A stretch of 64,000 nucleotides of DNA from Camelus ferus. Lineage: Eukaryota. Both the position numbers and the translations under genes were made by a program. The stretch covers positions 16,742,001 through 16,806,000 of the forward strand of contig NC_045696.1 in the NCBI RefSeq assembly GCF_009834535.1, in the 5' to 3' direction. The notes under the pieces are model-generated. The model did not search any database. It was not told where the DNA came from and saw only the letters and a list, made by a program, of their open reading frames with translations. Position 1 is the stretch's first letter, and each line of letters begins with the position of its first letter. Shown piece after piece: positions 51,209 to 64,000 of the stretch.

Positions 51209-52829
51209 TTTTTTTCTATGATTAGAGAAACTCTTGATTGTTACAAAACTCAGTAAACTTTCTGTAATAACCAATTTACTGTTTCTCTATCCAAATTCAC
51301 AACCATGTGGGGATTGTAATGGAGGAGTCATTGTTTATGAGGTAAAATTTATAAGAACTTAATATATATTAGACATGGAATAAATACAATTTGCATTAAT
51401 AATTGAGTATTGTCAGTGGAATATTTAATTTTTACTTTGAATCAAATGGAAGAAGAATCAAAGGCAAGATTCTTTACTACTCTGACCTCAGTTGTGATGA
51501 CTAACATACGGAAAAAGGCCACAACCAATGCAACTGGACAGAATTTGTGCCATTTTATTTTGATCTATAAGATACCAGAAATGATGAAAATCTGTTGATA
51601 GGATTAAAGACAGAACTCAGAATCTGTGGTCCTTGCTTAGGACATCTTGGGATACAAGCTTAATTTTGTGGGTTATAGATCAATTACTCTTCATATTTGT
51701 AAACTTATAAGTATTGATAATAACCTTTCTGTATCAATCAATGCAACAAACCCTTAGTAAAGATTTTGATAGGACAATGAAACCAAGTACTTGACAGGTA
51801 TAGTTGATTGACAAAACAGCTAATAACTGAGATAATTACCTGGCATACAAAGATTTGCATGCCTATAGCTTCTGAATTTGAAGACTTTGACATGATGCAT
51901 TTTTAAATTCTTCAACTCTATTTTCTTCTTGAGCTAGAAGTTTTTTAGAAGAGGTGTTAACATAACGGAATCTTTGTCTCTTGACACTATATTGAATTAA
52001 AGAAATTAGCAAGAGAGCTAAAAATGAAGCTTTAAAAGTTTCCCAAACCTTTCCCTAGTTCCAATATGATTTGATGTAGGGTTGCATTTTAGAGTAGAAG
52101 TCTGTTCTTATATCGTAAATATTTCTATTGACTGCCTCCTGAATTTTTTTTTTTTTGGCTAGGACTTTTCTTCAGTAATTCACACATATTTATGCCTGCT
52201 GGATGTTGCAAATCTGACTCAAAATGCATCATTATTTAGATTTACGAAGCCTTAATGCATGACTGTATTTTCTTTAGCAGTTCATTTCTACATCGTTCAA
52301 ATTTTGCTCTATCTTTTGAATCAGTGCTTCCTCTATTTGGAGAAACCATGCTGCAGTTCTCTCCAAGAATGAGATTTATGCTGGAGCAAAGGGAAGCGGA
52401 CTGATACTTTAGGGCACAGTGAAAATAGCCCCCCTGTGACTGACTGTTAAGATTAATTCCTATCTCTGTCAATAAGGAGAAATTGCCAAAGGTTTCACCT
52501 TTTTGAACAGGCATTGCTTGGTGGTCCCAGATGCCACGTTTTGTCTGCATTTGCTCTAACTTACCTAACCATGAATAGACATATTTTTAAAAGGAGGAAT
52601 ATAGAGAAAGCTCAGAAATTCAGCACATGGTCATTTTGGCTCTACAGTTGCATCTATTAACCCACGTATCTAAACTTTTCAGGCTCTGTTTTTAAAAATC
52701 AAGTATTCCCTTCCTATGTTTAATATTTATATTCATATTTTACTTCTTCACAAAAAGAATAAAAAAAGTATCCAGAATAAAGGTATTAAGGCAAAAATAG
52801 TGACATAAATGTGGTGAGGAGATGCTAGT

Positions 52830-53000
52830 GTCAGGTCCATTTCTGAGTATTTCATATGTATTATCTCCATTTCATTGATGGGCAACAGAGGCTCAGAGAG
52901 AGTAAGTGACATTCCCAAGGTCACACAGCTATTAGAAGGCAGAGTCAGGATTGAAATGCAATGATGACAGATCCTAAAATCTGTGTTCATAAACACTATG
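52830..53000 (-). mobile_element. MIR SINE
   Basis: gatgggcaacagaggctcagagagagtaagtgacattcccaaggtcacacagct. Confidence 0.85.
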
Positions 53001-54207
53001 TCCCCTTGAAGAACTGCCCTTTTGAAGTGCACTCGAACAGTGAGTGTAATTATTGCACTGGAATCCAGGCTTCCTGATAACCAAGATAAAATGGAAAAAA
53101 AAAAAGGCTAAAAACATAATTTTCATGATTTTTTAAGAGTAAGCATGACCTTTCTCCAACAAAGGGGAAATTTGTTTTGCTACTAAATTCTGTTAGATAT
53201 TACTTTATCTTGGCCTTTATCTGTAGGGAAAAATAATAAACAATTTTAACTTATTCTAAAGAATTCTTCATGTGGCCTTTCTTTTTTTTAAATTTTCTTA
53301 CTTTTTTTTTTTTTTGAGAACAAGCATACTATAAAAGTAATTTAGTAAAACGATGGTTAGCTAATGAGTCAATTCTACTGGTCATTAAATTTGAATTAAA
53401 ATTGATCTTGAAAAACTGAAATGATTGGGTGAATAGTACTGGATTATGTTTTGAAATACAATTTCCTGGGCAAAGCTGATAATTTAATTTTAAATTTTTT
53501 GAGAGGGGATGACTTCTGATAAGGAGATATTCTTTGAACACTATAACCTGCTGGAGGTCCTGTTCATGGGCTCTTGTGGGGCTGGGCTAACTGACTGGTA
53601 GTCTCACGAGGATGACCGGCTACCCCACCTTGGCACACCTGTAGCTGTAGGAAATTCTATGCAGCTTTACGTATGCTCTTGAACCTGGCAGTTGCTAGTT
53701 TGATGCATCATAGTCCTGCTCTAGAGAACAAAGCAGGGCTGATTATGACTGGATATGTTTAAGTCTAGTTAGCTCCGCTGTTAAACTTGACCACAGCAAA
53801 CCCGTATTGCTTTTTCAGAGTGTTTGTGTTAATAAAAACTTTTTGGTTACAAACAGCAGAGGTTGCTCTAGTTGTGGGAGTTTATGCCTAGAAATGGGAA
53901 TTGCAGTAACTTAAGGTTTTTTTTATCACAGTAAGCTGGGAGGGGTAGGGTGCCCTGACTCAGCTGTTTTCTTCATCTCACCCCACCCTTCCTTTTGTTT
54001 CTCCATGAACCTGACACAGCTCCTCTCTCTGTCTTTTCTTCTCTTTGTGCTCCTTCTCAGTTTTCCTCCAGTTATGAGCATCTTGATTCATTTCTGTATT
54101 TTATTTCCAGACTCTCAGAGAAAGACCTGGTGGGACAATGTAATCACCAATGTCCCCGATAGGCTGAGTGAGGCCCACCTTCTTAGCCACTTTCCAGACT
54201 GCATTTT

Positions 54208-54653
54208 TATATTGGTTTCCTAGGGCTCCTGTAAACAAAGTTCTATAAAATTGGAGGCTTGAAACAACAGAGATTTACTATCTTACAGTTCTGAAAGCCA
54301 GGACTTCAAAATCAAGGTGTTGGCAGGGCTGTGGTCCCTCCAAAAATTCTAGAAAAGAATTCTTCCTTGCCTCTTCCACTTTCTGGTGGCTCCTGATGGT
54401 CCTTGGCTTGTGGCTGCATCCTGCTAGTCTTGGCCTCTGTCTTCGCATGATGTTCTCCTCTGGGTCTATGCCTTCTCTCTTGTCTCTTATGAGGGACTCC
54501 TGTCATAGAATTCAGGATCCATTTGAATGATCTCATCTCGAGATTTTTAATTATACCTGTAAAGACCTGATTTCAAAATAAGGTCCCATTCAGAGGTTCC
54601 AGGGGTTAGGATGTGGACACATCTTTTTGGGAGTGAACATTTTTGGCCGTGCA
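54208..54653 (-). mobile_element. MLT1B-like MaLR LTR
   Basis: aatcaaggtgttggcagggc...ttccttgcctcttcc...ccttggcttgtggctgcatc...aaataaggtcccattcagaggttcc. Confidence 0.88.
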
Positions 54654-55511
54654 TGTCTTTGGGCCAGGTGCTTTCCAGTGGCTCATTCACTGGTCGGATA
54701 GGACAGATGCAACCCATGCCACAGATGCTAAAGCAAAAGCCAGGCCTAACCCTTATGTGGAAACTGTGGTCAAGGACCAGCAGCTATAACCTTGGCAGGT
54801 ACAGTATGTCCTGCTTAACACATTGAACATGGATAATGGTGCCTTGAAGCAGGCCTGCTAAAATCAATTGGTTGCAAGTTTTATAAACAAATCGGTTCCT
54901 TAAGTGGTATAGGATTATTTAGTATTGACCATTTGGATTTGGAAAACAATCTGATACCAAGAAAAAAATCTAGTTTTACCAAGACTAACAATGTAGTACT
55001 CAATTAGACAAACTGATGCCCTATTCAGATAGGCAAATTAGAAAAATTCCTTTATGAGAGCGTTCCTTTTTCAGATAACACAGTCATGTAATTTGATTCT
55101 AAGGGAAGGATGTGTTTTCACCTGCTATGACAAGAGGTCAAGGTTTTCACTAATCAAAATTTTGTATCACCTTATTTAGTCATAATTAAAAGTGAAATGG
55201 AAACTGAGATAGAATCTGCTTTTATGATGCTTAAGTCAAAAGTGTACTTTCTGTTTGCCTTTGTGAAACGTATTCATGTTTTATGGAAAGATAGGAAAAA
55301 TTCAAACATGAAAAATTTTCTTTACCCTTTGGCAACCTCTGTCCTCTCTACTGAGCATTGTGTATCTGTGTTACGCATCGACCAAACCTCCTCCACTGGC
55401 AGAAATACCTATTCCATCAGCAACGTTCTCCTAGCATCAACAAGACAATTCCTTAAGGACAATATTCCTTCTTGCTCTTGTAAGGGGCCACAGTAATGCT
55501 TAGATCCAGAT

Positions 55512-55697
55512 TGTGTAAACTGTCAATTATAGGTCATTTAATATACAGCCCTGCTTCTCAAAAGCTTAAATAACTGTGCTTTGACTTCTAACAGTTGCTG
55601 GAGCTTTCTGAGATTCTCCTGGGTTATAATCCTCAATTTAGCTTGAATAAAATTTTCCATTTCTTTCTTAGATCGACTGATTAATTTTTTATTGACA
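55512..55697 (+). mobile_element. ERV1-type LTR 3' fragment
   Basis: gcttaaataactgtg...aataaaattttccatttctttcttagatcgactgattaattttttattgaca. No convincing TSD, left end uncertain. Confidence 0.6.
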
Positions 55698-56248
55698 CCA
55701 TCCTTTTTTGATTCTTTCACAGAAACACAGTCCGCTGGAAAAGGCATCAATAGCTTAGAATGTTGAACTCACACAACTGGGCCCAGAGCCACTTTCTACC
55801 CACTGACACAAAAGCTGTGAATTGATCGGGAAACACTGAAAATATCTAAACTTCAACTGGAGAGACTCAAACTCAGTAAAATGCTGCACAGGATGACTCT
55901 TTTCTGATCCTGCAGGAAATATTTTTCTAATATTGCCATGGAATTTTGCATGCCTGCTGTTGGTTTTAACAGAATAACAGTCTTTATTGAATGAAGACTT
56001 TCATTCATCCAAACATGGAACAAAAGAATTAATCTGATAATATGTACTTTTGAGGAAAAAAAAATCTTTTAAGTCAGCTGGAGGGTAAAATACTAAACGT
56101 TTGGATATTTCTTATAGAACTCTTCCTTTGTTTTAGTTTTCTGAATCTTTGAACTCAACATTTAAGAGAGAAGTACACAGAGAAACAGAACAGTTAATCT
56201 GAAGGTCAAGACAGCAGAGTGGAGTGAGTGCTGTGAAAAATGAACTCT

Positions 56249-56380
56249 AGGGGATGGGGGGGATGGCTCCGTGGTAGAATACACGCTTAGCATGCATGAC
56301 GTCCTGTGTTCAACCGCCAGTACCTCTATTAAACCAAAACAAAACAAAACAAAACAAAACAAAACAAAACAAACCAAAAC
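56249..56380 (+). mobile_element. tRNA-derived camelid SINE (Vic-1-like) with (CAAAA)n tail
   Basis: ggatggctccgtggtagaatacacgcttagcatgcatgacgtcctgtgttcaaccgccagtacctc. TSD aatgaactct at 56239-56248 and 56381-56390. Confidence 0.9.
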
Positions 56381-56493
56381 AATGAACTCTTGAGTGAGTT
56401 TTTAACAGAGATAGTTCCTTGTCTAATTCCAGCCACCAAAGAGACAGTGATGAACTTGCTAAAGAATAACAATTTTTGCTAACCAAAGTAGGG

Positions 56494-56518
56494 GTGTGTG
56501 TGTGTGTGTGTGTGTGTG
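56494..56518. repeat. (GT)n microsatellite
   Basis: Perfect dinucleotide run. Confidence 0.95.
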
Positions 56519-57862
56519 CACCTGCATGTCTGTTTCTGTGTCTGTGCAGCTGTGTGCATCCCAGAAACATCTCAGCAGAAACCCTTTGGGTAAGAATAGG
56601 ATGTATATAATTCTTTAAGAAAGAAAGTTACCAAAACTACTCATTTCCAAAGGACACAGCTGAGAGAGATGTGGGCAGAGAAGAAACAGAAATCATGGAC
56701 AAAGAATTTCAAACAACAGAAAGACTTTCTTGTGTCATTCATGCAGGAGATGTTTGCAGTCTCTTCTGGACTTTTACAGGGACAACCCCAGAGGTGTAAG
56801 TTCTGCAGGTGAGATGAGTACTGACATGTAAAACTAGTGAGATTTTTATAATTGACATTGGTATATTTTATGTTTCTATCCAATTCACACATGACTGTTC
56901 CTTACAGTTTGGAATTTTAAAAGAAAAAAGAATCTAGGGAGAAAAATGTGTAAGTAGTATGTCAGTATAGAACATCTGGTTAATAGCTGCTTATACTTTT
57001 ACTCTGGAATTTCTCATTTGCTTGCTTCTACCTTGTATACAAAATTGTTATTACTTCCCTGCCTCCAAAGAAATCAGAGAGTCATTATTTCTGTGTTGCT
57101 CTCTAGGTGAACTAATTTCTGGATTTAGCCTTGAAAATTGCAGTTCAGTTATTGAGTATTTTCTATCTGGCTGAAGAGTTACATTGCCATTAAAATCCAA
57201 AAGATGGCCATAAAGTAATTTACTGGTTCAACTTAATAACAAACTTCTAAAATTAATTTTGTGGATGATAATGGCTTGTATTATATTTCCATGTGGCTTA
57301 TTTTCCCTTCCCTGCTAATCTCCAACTATGTTAAGACTGGATACCATTTAATCACGTTAGTGTTCATTCTAGGAACCTAGGCACACAGATATGAACAAGG
57401 TTTATTCCATATTGAGCCAAGTTAAAAGCAATTAACAGGACAAGGACGAAACTTTCTCATCATTTTCATTTTCCACGTAATTCAGCAGTATTGTAACTGC
57501 AGAAAGACTTGTAGTAATAAAAAATGAATGTAATAATAAATATTTCTTGAATGAGTAATTAAATTAAAGCAATCTGATGACATCAAGCAAACAAGTGCGT
57601 ATGCAAGCAATTAAGTATGGCTGAAACTGATGCAGCCATAAATCCTTCTCTAGGAGAAGGCAGTCAAGGCTTCAAGTCCCCTCCACTTGCTTCTTCACAA
57701 CCTTCTCATTTCACTCCTGATGTTTTAATAAGCATTAAGATCCTTGGATTTATTTCCAAGTTTTGAATCTATTCTTTTCTCTTCAGCTTAATGTTTGTAG
57801 TTTACATCCCTTTCAGGGCAATCAACTCCCGACCACTTGGGAAAAACACCATGCAATAGTTT

Positions 57863-58396
57863 TGAGACAGGAAGGAAGAGGGCAGGGCATATCCATTAAA
57901 AGAATGACATAGCCATTGAGGATGCAACAAGAACTGGTTAGAACCAACTAAGTTCAAGATGGTGGAAGATTTGACTTCTGGTAGAGCTTGAGCCTCACTA
58001 TAAGCTCATCGTAGTACATGAGCATGGTAAATGATAGACCCACAGGTCCCATGACAGTTCCCAGGCTGACCGTAAAGGGCCAGAATGTGAGCAGGGGCTC
58101 AATTCCTAGAAATCCCCACCCCTTCCCCCAAATCGTTAGATTATTCCTCCCACTCAGTAGCTATGAAACTACCCAGCCCATTAAAACTAACTACCCCCAC
58201 ACCCTGGGGCCACTCGCACCTCTGGGACAGACTGCGTTGTGCCTGTGGAATGTGTGTCTCTCTAAATAAACCTGCTTTTGCCTTACTTTGGCTCGCTCTT
58301 GAGCAAAGACAAGGACCCTCACTTGGTGGCAGATCCCAGGAACTCCTCCAAGACCTGGGAAATATGACTATTCTCTCACCCTCCACTCTTGAAATA
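57863..58396 (+). mobile_element. ERV1-type solo LTR
   Basis: tgagacaggaaggaagagggcaggg...aaagaatgacatagcc...ctaaataaacctgcttt...gaaata. Perfect TSD gttt at 57859-57862 and 58397-58400. Confidence 0.88.
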
Positions 58397-60641
58397 GTTT
58401 AGTTATCTTGGAACACAAACCTTATAAATGATTCTCCTAGTCAGACCACCAGCTCAAAAGCCAAGATTGCAAGTAAATCTTAATTTAATTCTCCTGCCAT
58501 AGATGTGATTATCTTTTGCTTCTAAGAGCCATTGTATTCCTGTGTGGTTCTCCGCTAAGACTAGACTCCTAACCCTGGACTCTGGTCTGCTTGGCTGGGC
58601 CAGGACACCCTGCCTATCTGTTTCAGTCACTTCCCCTGAAGAGATCAAACACAATCTTTTTTCTAAGTTTAACTCCCATCTCTGCTCCCATATTGAATGT
58701 ATTGATCACATGGAATTACAGCAATGAGTTAACAGCAATGAATTCTCTTTTGTAGCCCATTGCTGTGTCCCAGCCACACAACAGGCTCTCCTCACGTAAG
58801 TGTGTGCAAAAAAAAAAGCTCAAGTTCAGACTTTGGTTTGGATTTTGTATGACCCTTAATCTTCATCTTATTTCCATCACAGGTGAGGTAATTCAGTGTA
58901 GATGAAGGTCATTCATGCATTTTCTGATCTTCTTATGCTTATATGTAACCATACATGCATCCACCTATTTCCACATTTTCACATGTTTTATGTACTATTT
59001 TACTCACATATTTATTATTAGGTTCTGTGAAGTAGGTTGGTATTATTTCCATTTTTTTGTAAAATACATATACAAGCAAGCCTTGAAATTTCAAAGAACA
59101 GAGCTAGTGCAGAAATGGAAATAAAAAGCTAAACTTCTACATTCTTCTTCTTTTTTTTAAAATGTAACTTTCATGGTCATTTTGTAGTTAATTAGGGAAC
59201 TGCGGTTGCCTTGCTTTCTGGAAAAACATATTCGTCCAAACTGAGGTAACTTTGTTTCAGTGGAAATTATTATTTTTCTGCTCTGAGGGACAATGCTAGT
59301 ATTCAGTGTGCAGAAATGGATTAAGAACCTGAGATGAAGTTGTTCATCAGAGTGAATGTTTACAGTTTTCTTCTTTATAAGAAATGAATTATTCTGTATT
59401 AATGGGTAATTAAAAATCAGACCTACCAGCATTTTTTTCAAAAAAATTTATTCAAAAAATGATTACTTCTTTAAAATAAGTGATAAGAGATCGGGCAAAG
59501 AAAACAAATGTTCTGAAACGGATATATGGGCAAATTAGATACCATAGACTTTCTTATAGCCACTTTAAAAAGAAACACATCACTGATTATACCATAGACT
59601 TATGTTCTTTCTTACCTTCAAATGATAATTTTCTCTGTGCTTTCCTGATATTTAAAATGTAAGAAAATGATGTGAAAGCCAGCTTATTGGGTAAAAATAA
59701 CATTCATACAGCATTTGTAAATCTCCAAAGAAAACATTCTAAAAAGGTCATTCCTTATATATGTTCTTATCTGTGGGATTTGGGAATTTAATTTTATCTT
59801 TGTTTGTATGAAGAGCCAGAAACATTACTGAAACATAGTTTATTTTTTTCTTACTGATTTGCAAGCCCTCTCTGCCTTTGTCTAATCTACATGAGGTTCC
59901 TCTCTGATTCCTTCTGTTATAGGTCTTGTCTAGACTTGGTGTCAAACTTACAATAGCTCCAGAGAATGAGTTGGATGGTGTTCCTCTTTTTCTGTTCCCC
60001 ACACTCTTCCATCTTTCCCTTATCAATTTCATCTTAATGGACTCTTAAACTAGATGAAAAACTTAAAAAATTATTCTCCCATCAGATTATGTTCAGATGC
60101 TAGAAAAAAATACAAGATGTTTCTGGATTTGATTTTTGACTATAACTTGATGAAAAAAAATTAACTTTGTCACCTGTGAGTTTCCTGGATTCTACCCCCT
60201 AGTCTCTTGTTTATCAGCTTATTCTCAGATAGTCTGCTGACTGTGCAATGCCTTCCATACTGTTGTTTTTAGTGGTTATCTGAAATCTGAGTTTAAAACC
60301 ACTTTCCACTTTTCTCTTCTTTTCATTTGTTCCTGTCCAAATAAAAACAAGAGCATGAGACACGAGAGAGAGAGAAAGAGAGAGAGAATCTAAGAGCAGC
60401 TAGAGAGAAAAAAGGAGTGAGAAGAAGGGGACCAGAAAGTCATCACGATACATGTTCATTTCCTTCCACAATTCATCTGAGCATGATTTTCAGCAATGGA
60501 TCCGCATCAGTGAATCTGGGTTTCCCATGGATCTCAGCATCTCAGCTGAAAGATCTTTCCACATTTGGCACCCACTATCTGCTTTGTGCCAACTTACTGC
60601 ATTTACTGTCCCACCACCACTTCTCTTTTCTCTCTTTCCAC

Positions 60642-60687
60642 CTCAGTCCCATTAGTAATGAGAACTCAGTCCCATTAGTAATGAGAA
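60642..60687. repeat. Perfect 23-bp tandem duplication
   Basis: ctcagtcccattagtaatgagaa x2. Confidence 0.95.
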
Positions 60688-61407
60688 GACATCAAGCAAA
60701 TTAAAGCATTTATTCTTAAGGAAGTGCTGAAGGCTCATTCTATAGGTGTGAGCCAACATACGTATGTTACATTTCACGACTGGGAAGTCCAGGGAAGGCC
60801 ACTAGCCTATAAGCTTATAAGAAGTCTCAGATTCATTCAGCCTAAGTCAGTGTCTCCATTTAAGGTAAATTAAGAGCCTAGTCACATGAAAATGGAAGGT
60901 TATGAAACTACTTCCATTAAATAGAAAGTGCATTGTTTTTAAAAAATTGCTCTTTAGGCACAGATGATTAATGCTGTCATGACACTAAAGAGTATTAAAT
61001 GCAAATTTGCAAAGCTCTGAAGAGCTTTATTAGGATAAGAAACATTTTATTGAGCCAAATCAGTTGCTATTTTAATAAACACATAGATAGGTAAATCTCA
61101 GTGGAAGCCACCACAGATGTTGTACCATGTATTCTGGCAATAAGCAATTGAACTTGGCAGGGTGGTGAGGGAGGAAAACTTGAAGAGGGGGAAGGGAAAG
61201 GTTAGAAGAGGTGAGATTTTATGTCTTTAATTTGTAATTTGTCTTTCAGAGTGATTTACATCCCCCCCACCCCACCAAATCCCTTAATATGTTGGATAAT
61301 AAGCTGTTCTCTGCTTTCTAATACCAAATTGGATTTTCTGCCATCTATAAGTAAGAATTGAATGGCATTGTCAGTGTTTTGTAGGTAAAGAAAATGTAAA
61401 GTCAAGT

Positions 61408-61523
61408 GAGAAAGGAAGAAAAGAATGAAGAGAAAAGGGAAGGATGGAAGGAAGGAAGGATGGACAGAAGAAGGAAGGACAGATGGACGGAAGGAAAGAA
61501 GGAAGGAAGGAAGAAGGAAAGAA
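61408..61523. repeat. Purine-rich (GGAA)n-like low-complexity tract
   Basis: Degenerate ggaa/gaag repeats. Confidence 0.85.
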
Positions 61524-61900
61524 GCTGGAAAGAGCAGCCTTTTTGTCGGCTATATAAGAAGATTGATAGGTGGGGAAAGAATCCTAGGTTTTAGTCATGG
61601 GATCTGCTACTTACTGAGAACCTGCTCTTAAGAGCATTGACTTAACACTTGGGATCTCAGGTTTTTCATCTTTAATACTAGAGTGAGATCATTCTTCATT
61701 GTGCATTTCTGTGCCACACGTCATAGAAAGACAAGCACCTTGGTTAAATAGTAGTTCTTCCAGGCATTGGGGCAAATCAAAAACCTTACCACATATTAAA
61801 AAATGCTCTCTGGGTGCCATTTTGGGAACGAGTGGACTCAAGCTGACTTCCAAGAGTTTTTTCAACTTTAAAAATACCACAATGCTAGTAGATTATTTGT

Positions 61901-62022
61901 AGAGGACTTTGTAATTTATTGTCCAAACTGGGATATTTTTGACAGTGCAATGCAGAAGTATTAATAATTACACTGGGGGATAAAGGTAAAATCAAGAATT
62001 ATAATTTACCTGGTTATGTCAG
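61901..62022 (+). mobile_element. MER94-like hAT (Blackjack) MITE relic
   Basis: taatttattgtccaaactgggatatttttgacagtg...tattaataattacactggg resembles the MER94 consensus as I recall it. Terminal inverted repeats are decayed. Confidence 0.7.
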
Positions 62023-62039
62023 TAATTAGTTTTGATGAC

Positions 62040-62520
62040 TTCTTTTTAAGTAGTTTTATAGTAAAATCAAATATACCAAAATGGTACAAAAGAAAGGTGT
62101 GAAATACAAAGAAATATTATAGGGTGGTAACCAGGTAACTGCTACTCATCAAAAAATAAAATATTGGCCTCACCCACACAGGATCTCCTCATGACCTTTC
62201 TCAAATATTACTCTGGTCTCTCATGCCCCCCAAAGTGGCCACTATCCTGATTTTTACACTATTATTTTCAATGAATTTCCTTTTATTACAAAAAAGTGAT
62301 ATGTATTCCTTGAAAATCAGCTTATGCTTGAATTGTAGAAAATAAAAAATTAAGATCTCCCCAAATCCCAAATTTCATTCCTCTGTGGAAACTACAGTTA
62401 AAAATCCTTTAAATACTTTTCCCACATGTGCACAAATACGCACAAACTTTTTATTTTTTTCAAAATTGAGATCATACAGTACATATTATTCTGCAATTCG
62501 CTGAATTTATTAGAAGTACA
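62040..62520 (-). mobile_element. Old L1ME-like 3' fragments
   Basis: ccactatcctgatttttac and caaaattgagatcatacagtacatattattctgcaa, typical of antisense L1ME. Confidence 0.55.
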
Positions 62521-63769
62521 TTTTTGGCTCCCATGTATACAAACAATGATGGCTATGGTTACTATAGTAGTTGCAAGGGCAATGTTTTTTTTTTTTTTTT
62601 TTTTTTTTTTTCCCTCACATTATGGGGGTGGGCATATATAAGTGTTAGATGAGAGGGCACTGAATGAGTGTAAGTTGAAGGTGAGGTGAGGTTGGGTGCT
62701 GAGGCTTTTTCCTCTTTCTGTGAATCTTAAACTTTTCTTAAATTTCCTACTTTTTCCTGACTCTGAGAAAGATCAAGAAGGAGTGCAAAGACTGAAAGAA
62801 TTGGAATCGTCCTGGGTTCTAGGTCTGTCATTGACTGCTTCTAAGACCTTCGGTCTATATTGTGTGACATGAAAAGGATAATGCCAGTCTGGAGAAAGAG
62901 GTTTTGAAGATGATTTTAAAAACATATAATAAATTCATTAGTCTTGCATTATCCTAATTGGATTCTTAACACTCGCAAATTTTGTGTGTTCCTTAACATT
63001 GACCAGGAGAGTAGAGGACAATATTTAATGAGTTGTCCCAGGATTTGTTATACATTGCTTAGGTTTTACATAAATCTCAATAAAATTAGATGTTATGGAA
63101 GACAGACTCAAGATATTCTCAGGGTTGTTCATAGAGGTTAAATGACACTAAATTTTCCCCTGTGTGTTGTGCTTTCAAAATAAGGGCCAATTATTTGAAA
63201 GATTTGCCAAGGTGGTTAATGTATTTTTATGGATGTATTTAAAATGAATGAATTTCCTGTTGGGTCATTAACCAAAAGCTGTTAGAACAGAGTTGCTAAG
63301 TCCAGAGGAACATTATTATTATTTTCAAAGGTATTTGTCATGGCAGTGATACAAGCCCCAATGATGGAACATGGGTTTTGGTGCCATGGAAGTAAATTCA
63401 GGATAATCAGATTATAGCTGATGTAATTTAGATGTTTGGAGGGGAGGGATTCCTGATAGCAGAATCTAATAAATGCAGCTCCCAAAATAGAAAGCCTCTC
63501 TCCAGGGGATGACCTTCGTCAAGGGAAAATTTTTCAGTGTGGTGATGCTGACAACAATTTATAAGTTATAAACTTATTTTGCTGGAAGTTTTTAGTTTGG
63601 AGATGACTCTGGAGTTTGAATCTGGTTTGAAATAAGAGTGAGAGTTGGGAAAGGCAAATGGCTTTCCTTTTGCACTAGACCCTTTCATTCTGAGTGTACC
63701 TCCCCATCACTTGAGAATAGCTTCTATCTTCCTCCATTTGTTACTTGTTTCATGGATGACAGTAACTGC

Positions 63770-63935
63770 TTTACATGCAGTTCGCAGTTTCTCACATGGA
63801 CAGAAAAGGGAACTGAAGCCTAGAACAGTAATTTATGCAAAGTTTGGCAGTCATGAGAAACTCCTGGCAGTTATGAGACCAAAGTCGAACCCTAGATATG
63901 ACTCAAGAGTTGATACTTTTAACAACTATGATCTG
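63770..63935 (-). mobile_element. MIR fragment
   Basis: gacagaaaagggaactgaagcctagaacagt...gaaccctagatatgactcaagagttgatacttttaacaactatg. Confidence 0.55.
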
Positions 63936-64000
63936 ATTCCTGTTCTGTGTCTCAGCTACATACAAATGAGTCTTTCTCCAATCCTAGCTGGTGAGCTACT

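Noticed and set aside
52242..52550. 102-aa ATG ORF on the minus strand in non-repeat sequence
   Set aside because: No recognisable protein family or supporting exon structure, and a length reachable by chance in 64 kb. PhyloCSF or tBLASTn would be needed to revive it.
56249..56330. tRNA gene
   Set aside because: The tRNA-like A/B boxes belong to a SINE with an A-rich tail and TSD.
1..64000. Inferring a host gene strand from LTR orientation bias
   Set aside because: About 11 plus versus 6 minus LTRs, with L1s on both strands. Too weak to call a host transcript.

Overview
AT-rich mammalian genomic DNA, most likely from a camelid (alpaca, llama or camel). That call rests on two tRNA-derived SINEs resembling Vic-1 and on camelid/cetartiodactyl-type young L1 3' ends, recognised from memory and not database-checked. 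I cannot identify any protein-coding gene, RNA gene, CpG island or CRISPR array, so the window reads as intergenic or deep-intronic. The ORF track is explained by chance ORFs and decayed L1/LTR sequence. Identifiable content is mostly transposable elements: L1 fragments of several ages, MIR and L2 relics, MaLR/ERVL LTRs, one hAT MITE, and about nine ERV1-type solo LTRs or fragments, most with readable target-site duplications (TSDs). The most unusual structures are: six LTRs packed into 15.3-19.9 kb, including a head-to-head pair of one family that forms a ~400-bp inverted repeat; two same-family solo LTRs 7.2 kb apart that mimic a provirus; and a fold-back (template-switch-like) hairpin/duplication at 25.5 kb. 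There are also a few candidate regulatory motif clusters and possible non-coding exons. I found no convincing evidence of a novel biological system. Repeat subfamily names are by-eye similarity calls, and boundaries without TSDs are approximate.
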